Below are positions 54,758-64,000 of a DNA stretch of 64,000 nt, piece after piece. A program made the position numbers and the translations under genes. Each line of letters starts with the position of its first letter. Within the stretch, counting starts at the first letter, position 1. The notes under the pieces are model-generated. The model worked only from the letters and a program-made list of their open reading frames with translations. It was not told the DNA's origin and did not search any database. Source of the DNA: Laetmonice hystrix (Eukaryota); contig OZ249436.1 in the NCBI GenBank assembly GCA_965235115.1, forward strand, positions 38,256,001 to 38,320,000. Direction: 5' to 3'.

Positions 54758-55790
54758 CTACCGGTCGGCTTGTCCCTGCTTCACTCCTGTAGGAGGCAAG
54801 TTAACCATGTCACTGTCTTCCTCTATCACCTGGGACAGGATCCGGTTCATGGCTGACCTCGCCTTCTTGAATTCTGGGTTAGACATTGTCACCAGACTGT
54901 CACGGACGTAGTTGGCGAAGGCGGTGCACTCGGTAGGCGGCTGCTGGTGTGCTTGTCTGGTCTGCAGGTCTTGGAGGGTATCACCAGATTCACTGACTCG
55001 CTTCTGGAGGGCTGCTGGCAGAGCATCATCGCCGTCCTGCTTGCCCTTGCCCTTAGGCACTCTGGGCGAGGGCATGATGTCATCATCACCCACACCAATC
55101 TGCAGCTCAGCGCAGGCAGCCTCAGCAGCATCTAAGTCACCCTCATGTGCGTCCATGGTGGCCTTGACCTGCAAAGACAAAAGAATCAAAATCACAAGGA
55201 AAATAAATGCAACGTGAATTGTCATTACAAGAATGAGGTCAAGAAAAAGTAAAATATTTCTTTTAACAATACTTGTAAACACTATTACAGGGCCCAGGCC
55301 GGTGCCTGACAACTGACTTCAGGAAGCCAAACTTGTCTTTTATCCACTGCTCCCTCTGGGTGAGATCAGGAGCTCCATCCCCACTCTCCTTATCCAGACG
55401 GTTGTGTGTATCCCTGAGGGATTTGAACCATTCCTGAAGATGCGCAGCTGAAAATACAAAATAATAGACATTAATTGGTATTAGTCAAATGAAAACATTA
55501 AATATTAATGAAAAAGTCAACATAATAAGATAGTCGTAATATATTGCACATGTTTTACTTACAGGTTTTGCCCATCAGGGCGGCCTGATCGTCCCACATC
55601 TTCCTCTTCTTGTCGGCCCCCCTGTAGTCTGTGATCTTGCAGTTCCAAATGACAGGATTCTCTTGAAGGAACTCGAGCATCATCTCTTCCTGTTTCACTA
55701 CCAGGGAACAATCTGTTTTCTTGGCCCTCTTCTTCTTTGTCTTGTCCTGGGACGTCTCGGGCTGCCGGGAGGAGGTGGAGGCGATAGATG
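54758..55790 (-). pseudogene. MADF/Myb-SANT-like protein remnant, probably Harbinger accessory ORF-derived
   Basis: Segments ~55790-55563, 55447-~55281, 55168-54758: MLEFLQENPVIWN..DY....K...W, EWFKSLRD, SGDG...LTQREQWIKDKFGFL, BESS-like FANYVRDSL. Weak second donor, no credible start, 5' end runs into repeats. Confidence 0.65.
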
Positions 55791-56966
55791 AAATATTGCT
55801 GCCTATATTGCAGCATTGCGCCACTGCATTATTTCATAGCCTAATGAAGCCATGAAATATTGCTGCCTATGAAATATTTCAGTGATACAATACTGCAATA
55901 TTCATAGCCTGTATTATTTCATAGCCTGTAGCCTGTAGCAAAATCCTTTTGCTGCTGCTTCCATCTGCTGCCTATGAAATATTGCAGTGACACAATCCTC
56001 CAATATTTCATAACCTGTATTATTTCATAGCCTGTAGCTATGAAATATTGCTGCCTATGAATTATTGCAGTAAAAAAATACTGTAATATTTCATAGCCTA
56101 CCTTATTTCATAGACCTTTAGGGGTTGAGCAGGGAAGATTCTCCTAATATCTGCATGCCCTGAAGCTCTGGAGATGGGCCCCTGGACGAGATTATCATAA
56201 GTATCATAAGCGGATGTGCCTCACTGCCTTTCATTCATGAGGTGCATTGTATTTCAGAGTGGTATGTACGAGCATAGCCTATGATCATAATGATATTGTA
56301 TGCTATCATCCTAGGTTAACACAAACATTAGATCACCTTTTTGGGTAGTACCCATTTAATGAGTGATGCCTTTAAAAATGAATTTAGTTCTGACTTTCTG
56401 AGATAGGAACTGTTTTGCATCTTAATTAAACACCAGTCATAAACATTTTCGTTGCGGGTTGCCCTTGAGAACCTTTCATATATAAAGGATTTTAATCACT
56501 AAAATGCACTATGCAGATATCACCAAATTACACCTTTTGCAGGGGAGCAGATTTCTGACCAGACTACCTCAAAATTGTTGATGGTTGAAGTACCGGTACA
56601 CAGTGGCATCATAGTAGGGGGGCAGGGGGCAATCGCCCCCACTTTTTTCATAAACCTAAGCACACTTAAAAGTGGCTAAGACTGTAACGACTTTGATTGT
56701 AGGAAACATTAAAAATGTAGACTTTTAACTGACCGAAAATGTGGTGGAAATTATTAACATCTTTTTTAGCAGTCAAAATTGTGAATTTAGCTGACTTTTT
56801 GGCATGCAGGAATGTTGAAGTGTCTGATGTTATAGCATTTAAGTATGAGTAGTATATGATTGTTGGTGTTTATAATGAGTTTAATATTTAGCTCTTATGA
56901 GAAAATTTTCTTGGGGAACTCACATCATTGTCTTTCCTCTCTTGACTTTACACCATATGGACTTAC

Positions 56967-59900
56967 CTTTTCCCCACTGTCAGTTTGACGAGGATCTTCA
57001 AGTTCATGTTTCCATTGAAGTAGCTGGGCTTCTGACTCGTGACACAGTTGGTTGATGTTTCTTTTTGTCACACAGCTTCTTTGGCATACACCAAGGAGGT
57101 TCAAGCCTCTTTGTAGCTGAAATGTTTTATCAAATTTATTTTTCATACAAGGGTAATGAAATCATTTTAACCTACGCAAAATTATATGTTGCAAATTTTG
57201 TGTCTTTATTATGTTTGAGTTGGGATTCATCATTTTTTTTACACACAGGTCAAATTCTACATACAAAGAAAACTGCCTGGCATAGGTTTATGGGTTGATA
57301 TCTGACCTTTGCACTGGCACCACAACGCCACAGTTGGATCCCTGTGACTGCTTGGAGAAACTGAAACTTCCGGGGGTTTACTGAGTATAGGATAATGCTG
57401 AGCATCATCCCAATACGAGGAAGTACACTTGTCCTGCGGGGAAATGAAAAAATTAATATAAGAGTTGCTATCCCAAACATTTTATTGTTCAATCGAAAAT
57501 GTTCACACTGTAAAATATAATTTATAGACAAATAGCTTAGACCGAAAAGCTCGTCAGATATAAAATAATAGTACGAGTAACCTGAACAATTTACTTGTCT
57601 GGACCAGAAGTTACTCTTCTACATTTTACAGAGATTATTATAGGTCTATATGATGGGAGGCATCATCTTATACATTATATTTCAAATATACAGTACTTAG
57701 TCGTCTCAGATGAACAGACAAGCCCTTAATTTTTACCTATGATTGGTTTCCTTTTGGGAGACTACAGACATTGATGCTTCTAACATCTGGTAAAGTATGG
57801 GCATCTCCTCAGCTGCCAAATCCAACACATTTTGCCAACGAAAATTGGCTATAGATTGTGCTCCCTTGAGGACTGGATAGTCTTTGCATGTTTTATTGAA
57901 CGCCCTCAACTCCACCCTGATGGTTTTGGCTACAACTTGTTGAAACGCTTCCTTGGCATTCTTTCCTCTGGCGAGTATTAGCCTCAGAGCAGTCGCGTAC
58001 TTGGACTTTTTCAAATTATTGCTTATGGCATCAATGCCTTTCTTGGGGATTTTCTTTTTGGATGATCGCACAACAGGCCTTTTAGTTGTAGTCCTGTGAA
58101 AAAGAACCTGACAGGTCGGACTGGAACGGATAGGGGATAAGTCTTGGGACAGGTCTTCCAGACACTTTCTTTTGGCTGGTGGTGCGGTTGTTTGGTTTGC
58201 TTTCCGGTAAAGTTGTTGTAACTTAATGAAGCACCGGGTACATATGTAACCCTCCTCAGGCCCCTGTAAATGCAAAGTATCAAAAATAACATGTTTTAAA
58301 GACAGTAGAAAAGTTCCTCAACAACGTACCTTTGAACACCAGCAACACCATATGAAGTGTCTAAGGTCGCACCCATAAGTGGAACACTGTCTAAGGCGAC
58401 TTTTAAAAATACCGTTCGGGCCATGCGCTATTTTCACACGAGTCAGGGGAAGCTATGACACGGCGTCACAAACACCAGCTAATCTTGGTTTTAATTCCAC
58501 GGGAAGTTTTTCAAGTCTGCTAAAACACGAAATCTTGGTGATCTACTCTGTCGCTGTTAGTAAAATGGCCCCCTAGACCCTGTTTCTGTTAGACTTTTAT
58601 CAACAGGGTAGATCCAGCGCCACATGCGTTCCCCCGTCAGAATCCTTCACTGCTCCATCGGACACTCACTCAATCACTACGACTGCACTACTGACTGTGT
58701 TCTCTTACCGGTGACAGCAGACACCTTTGCCTCTCTCTTCACACCCTTATCCCCAGGGGTATGTTAACAAATTCAGAGTTTGTGTGCGGCTATCGTTTGC
58801 AACCCTCTCTGAAATCGTCGATGAATCTGTCGCCATCTTGCTTCGAATTGGTTTAGCGGTGACGTCATGAGCATGTTTCTGGTAAAAGTGGAATCGCAGC
58901 GGGATGTGAATAGCAGCACTCTGGCCGGGAATCTGCTTGGTTCGTTCTGTCTAGCGGCCACCTAACAATTCGTAGACAAGTAGGGCAGACAAGCAGACGA
59001 AGCCAGGGGGAGAATGTCTTGTAGGAACAAGCTTGTTCATGCTGAACACCCTATATATATATATTGATAGTTTGAACTTTTCTACTACCTTTATGTTTCC
59101 CCCCCCCCCTCAGACCGAGCCTATGCTTCCCCCTTAATGACGCCTTTACTAATCTACTTACATAACAACTAGTGATCCCCCTTACCAGTTTCAAGAGATT
59201 TTCTTAGCAGTTGGATTTATTTAATAACCCCCGGGAGTCACCAAAACGGAAATGGCGAACAGCGTCAAAACGCGTCACTAAGGGGGAGACTTAGGCCTGT
59301 GCTGTGGATATGACCAGAGGCCTCATGGCGTCATTAAGTTTTGCCACCGCTTACTTTTTGTTGAATGACAAAAAATCTTTTTTACGATGGTCTTTTTTCA
59401 CTTTCCTGAACATAGGATCTGCACATGGCTTCAGCATGAACCAAAACAACATGTCAGTGATGACCAATTGCCCCTCTCAGATGCCAGGAAATTGCATATC
59501 AGGGAGACATTTTTTCAATTTTTTCCGGGGGATGGCCCTCGGACCCCCCCCCCCCCCCCCAGAGGGCTGTACCCTGCTTCTTTCTTGAAATGATCTTGAA
59601 ATTACCACTTATAGTGACGTCATTAACTCCTTGATATGACTTAGCTTAATGACATCACTAAGTGGTAATTTCGAGATCACCACAAATTTTTTCTCTGAAA
59701 GGAACATGATTACCTTGTCATAATGACTTAGTGAAGTCATTACCTCGTTATTACCACTTAATGACGTCACTTTAGGTGGTAATTTCGAGTTAATCGCATT
59801 CGTTTTGGAGAAAAAATTTGTGGTGATCTCGAAATTACTACTTAATAGTGACGTTATCAAGTCGTAATAACGAGTTAATGACATGACTAAGTGGTAATTT

Positions 59901-61289
59901 CAAGATTACCACAATTTTTTTTCTCTGAATGCGATTGACTCGTAATAAAGACTTAGATCTTAATGATGTCATTAGGTCGTAATAACGAGCTAATGACGTC
60001 ACTAAGTGCTAATTTCGATCTCTGAAACGATTGCGGTTAACTCGTAATAACGACTTATATATAGTGACGTCATTAAAATAACGAGTTAATGACGTCACTA
60101 AGTAGTAATTTCGAGATCAGCACAAATGTTTTTCTCTTCGTGGCCCCAACAGCAGAGCTCTCAAGTCTCACGCATCTCGCGGGAGTCTCAAGCATTTGGG
60201 CCCTTCCTCCCGCACTCCCGCGAGCCCCAGTGATTCTCACGCATTTTGAGATGTCCTTTGCTTATTGCTTATTTCCCTCGAAACGTAGATCTTTGGATCT
60301 GTCCTTGACTGTGCTGCCATCGCCCAGCCTTTATTGATAGGCCTACTACTAGCCGTCCCATCCAATCATAGACAGTCCATTTTTCTTAGTGAGGCAATCA
60401 CAGCGCCGATTTCTTAGCGAAGTCGGCAAGACGGTGAACATCATGGTCTATACTTGAAAACAATAAGTTCTATCACTAAGTGATTTCAGTGTTTTAAGTG
60501 CCTTTATATGAGATAGGAATCACGCATTGAACCCTAATCTCCAGCAAAACAGCTGGTGAATCTCCAGCAATTAAGGGCCTCAGAGACCCTTGAGAGCTCT
60601 GCAACAGGGCTCCGTATGAATTAGGGCCCTAGCTGTGGCGTTAACGTTAGACGGTTACTGGTTAGTGAGTGACCTTGCCTACACTTAAAGGGAGGGGAAA
60701 CCCACACGGCAATTAAGGTTTCGTAGTCGTAGACCACATGAAACACCAGCATTTAACTCAGGGCAATAAATGCCACAATTACGTTGTCTGAATGAAGTAA
60801 TGAAGCCGAATGCTGCACACCACAACGGCATATTCCGTAACATTACATGTTACTCGGCTCACCGACCATGTCTACATGATGTTCGGTGTCCCAGTCTTTG
60901 AAAACATTTGTAAACGTCCAAGGTGATGAACACACAAGCAGAACCAGCGGCGTCACACATCAGGCGGTTACACGTTAATTACTTCATTCAGATAACGTAA
61001 TTGTGGCATTTATTACCGTGAGGTAAATGCTGGTGTTTCATTTGGTCTATGTAACCTTATTTGCCGTGTGGGTTTTCCCTCCCTTTAACAAGTGAAACTA
61101 AACCTGTAAGTGTAAAAGTGTAAGATTAATAAAAAGACTTACCTTATAGTTTTGAAGTTTTTTCAGTGCACTAAGCACGGTCTCCTCTGTCCTGTAAAGA
61201 CTCCCCTTCATGTTTCGTTTTTCATAACCAGAGGAGTTTTTTTTAGGCTTAAATTTGCCATCACACTGTAAACATAAATTGTTCGTCAT
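56967..61289 (-). CDS. Uncharacterised protein: ZAD-like C4 zinc finger plus transposase-N-terminus-like helical domain (3' end unresolved)
   Basis: Exons 61289-61143, 58263-57737, 57433-57307, 57116-56967 join in phase through GT-AG sites (317 codons, no stops). CLQC in exon 1 and YICTRC in exon 2; basic PPAKRK segment. Confidence 0.75.
59591..60135. repeat. Degenerate direct and inverted short repeats, probable transposon subterminal relic
   Basis: Recurring TAATGACGTCACTAAGTGGTAATTTCGAGATCACCACAAA in both orientations. Confidence 0.75.
60689..61084. mobile_element. TTAA-targeting palindromic MITE (Kolobok-like)
   Basis: AGGGAGGGGAAACCCACACGGCAA ... TTGCCGTGTGGGTTTTCCCTCCCT, TTAA on both sides, long inverted arms. 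Confidence 0.85.
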
Positions 61290-61496
61290 CGCAGCAAAGT
61301 AAACCGGAAATGGAAGTGAACGATCTCTGCCTAGACCGGAAACAGTCCACTACCCAGGCGATGGACTATCTCTGGCCGGAGTATGTCCTCGCGTTCTCGA
61401 TGAGAATTTACGAGACCGTCATATCGGGGCGATAATAGAGGAGTATCTTGGTTCGAAAGCCGTCCCTGTGAGGAAGACGAAGAAAACAGCCTCAAA
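61290..61496. promoter_or_regulatory. Bidirectional promoter between the ZAD-like gene and VPS45
   Basis: 207 bp between divergent ATGs; clustered ETS/GABP-like CCGGAAAT, GGAAGT and CCGGAAAC. Confidence 0.65.
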
Positions 61497-64000
61497 ATGA
61501 ACGTAATACTTGCAGTGAAGCAGTATGTAACTAAAATGATTGAAGATAGTGGTCCTGGAATGAAGGTCCTGCTCATGGACAAAGAAACGGTAAAATTTCT
61601 GGTCTCACCGACTTCGTCTGTAGTGACTAGTGTAGACCTGGCTCTACGTTAACGTTACTGACTGAAGAGTGAAGTGAAGAAGTGTCAAGTGAAGCGAAGG
61701 AGTCAGGGCAGGGCCAGTGCAGTACAGACAGTAGTGCCAGTCAGCCCAGTGCCGTGGCAGTGGGTGTGACCAGTGCCGTGGCAGTGGGTGTGACACCACG
61801 AACCACATGCGCTTGAAGCGTTCGGCAATGCACGCCGGTCTGTTAAAATATATGCACCACTGGCATTGATTAACGGCAACTTCAAGCTCCTGAGTCCTGT
61901 ACCGTGGGGACACCGTCGCGTCTGTGTCAGTGACACTGACACAGTGACAGTGACAGTGTTGCCAACCTGTTGGTGGAGCTTGAATTTCTGGAGGTTAGGG
62001 GGTCCGGGGGCATGCCCCCTCCACCCGAAAAGATTTTCAATAATAGCGAGCGCAGCGAGCCCGCAGCGGCTTGCGAAGCGAGCTCTATGACAACACGTGT
62101 GAAACGGTAGCCAAGGTGACACATACCGTCTCACCAAAAAATTTCGTCACGTAAAACCGGAACCGGAAAAACCATGGAGCAAATCCATGGAGAAATCCAT
62201 GGAGGGTCATGTGACCCTTGCAGCGCGTGTGTGATTTGTGACGTCACAGTGAACAAACAGTCGCGTGAGTGTTTGTTCACTGTGACGCCACAATATCCCG
62301 ACGTCCATGCTGCTAAGTGACCAGTCCTGACATCGTATATTGTTATAGTTGTAGGCCTCCTGTCGCTGCGCTTGCCCTCTAGGTAGCACCTACATCATAT
62401 TAGACATTAAAGTAGCCTCTTTGCATTTTCGTGCAATTTGAGAGTGAGAATGTAATGTGGTGGGTGATTGGTTCCCCTCTCCCTCCCTCCCTCTTTTAGT
62501 GACTGAAGTCTACCAAGTCTTTTTCCTTTAATGAAGTAGAAATACTAGGTAGGTGAGGTATTTTGACATGTGAAATGCATTCAGAATGATAGATCAGACC
62601 ACAAGAAAGACAGAGTGAACAACTTAAAGTTCAATTTTATTAGTACAGCGCATATATAGAAACAGCTCGCCAAGATTTATTTAGGCGAGAAATTATCATG
62701 GGGGAAAAAACTGCTCGCCTAAGCTTCACAAGGCGAGTTGTTGACCACTCGCCTGCATTCATTTCACCGCAAGCACTAGATATAGATATAGATGGCAAAA
62801 GTCACTGTCATTTATTTTGGGAGTATCCTATACTGGAAATATGCATATTTTGCATGTGTTTTAATTTTATCATTTTCGCATTTTTTATTAAAAAGAAATG
62901 AAATAAAAAACTGTCAATTTAATGCATGTTGTTTACTTTTTGATGGATGCTGCATTCTCAGCAGGGGCTAAGGTGCCAAATTTCACAGGTCTTTTTCAAG
63001 ACTTTGTGCCTGTGTGTGACTGCTTTGCCTGAGATCTGGTAATGGTCAGGGGTCTTGATGTGTTTCAGACAAGCATAGTGAGTGTGGTCTATGCACAATC
63101 TGAGATTCTGCAGAAGGAGGTCTACTTGTTTGAATTGCTCGACTCGGCTGGACGGGAAAGTATGAAGCATCTCAAGTGCATTGCCTTTCTCAGACCAACA
63201 CAGGAAAATGTGGACCTCCTATCACAGGAATTGCGATCACCAAAATATGGTCTCTATTTCATCTGTAAGTGTGTATCTCAAGTATTCCTGGCATTGCAAA
63301 GAACTATTATTATTCATCTAGATCTGTATGAAAGATTTGACTTTGACCTAATTAAGGCTTTGATGACTACACCATCATGCTAGGGTAGCAAAGTTTTCTG
63401 AATGGATGAGATCTACTAAAAATACACAATTTAAACCTTGGATCTTTGATTAAGCCTTTGGATGCAAAAGTCTTCATTATATGGCAACAGAATACGGTCC
63501 TTTATAGCTGGTGACTCACAAATAGATCTCTAAACACAAAATTTAAGGCAATACAGGGTAATTAAGTCGTTATGTCAAAAGTTTTTATCATGAAAAGACG
63601 TATTCAGAACCTAAAAAGTTAAGAATGGTTTAGGGTTCACACAGTCCTTCAAATACTTTTAATCAGTTCTTAAAAATGATTGCTAGATAAAGAGACAATT
63701 TGCATTAATTTGTTGATTCATTCTTCTACTGCTTTTGTAATGTGATTCTAAGTAGGAATGGTTTAACCAGCAAAAACCAGGAGCTTTGGGTGTGAAAAAC
63801 TAAAGATATGGAGAACAATATTTTGCTTGATACATTGATGGAAGAGCAGTAAGATTTCACAGACTGACAGTGTGGTATCAGTGTTATGATGGGTGTGTAT
63901 ACACAGACTGTGCAGATGGAGGTTGGTCTATATTGCAGACTGGTCGAATGTCATCAGTAAGCAAGATGTGAAGACGTTGGCCGAGGCTGATGACCAGGAG
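61497..64000 (+). CDS. VPS45: Vacuolar protein sorting 45 (Sec1/Munc18 family), 5' part
   Basis: Exons 61497-61589, 63069-63264, 63939->64000: [53 protein letters not shown]...LRPTQENV...[21 protein letters not shown]. Confidence 0.97.

Noticed and set aside
56100..56600. Terminal exon(s) of the ZAD-like gene
   Set aside because: Candidate acceptors are weak and give short uninformative peptides; needs transcript data.

Overview
Animal (bilaterian invertebrate, plausibly lophotrochozoan) genomic DNA with spliced GT-AG genes; no prokaryotic features, CRISPR arrays or rRNA. I assembled exons by hand from splice sites and reading phase. Genes in order: a divergent signal-peptide cyclophilin B/C-like paralog (minus, 4 exons); an alpha-arrestin of the ARRDC2/3/4/TXNIP group (minus, 9 exons, 11-kb first intron) head-to-head with PPIB (plus, 5 exons); an MPV17L-like gene; two tandem SLC46/PCFT-like MFS transporters separated by a ~1035-bp tandem array and a THAP-bearing Kolobok-like relic; a MADF/Myb-SANT remnant; an uncharacterised ZAD-like gene whose body resembles a transposase N-terminus, head-to-head with VPS45, which runs off the window end. 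Introns and spacers hold a V-domain SINE, many MITEs with visible target-site duplications (TSDs), a nested IS3EU-like/Helentron-like/foldback stack and two minisatellites. Best leads: the possibly domesticated ZAD/transposase-like gene, an ERSE-like element in the PPIB/arrestin shared promoter, and paralog divergence at functional motifs. Family assignments are from recalled motifs, not database searches.
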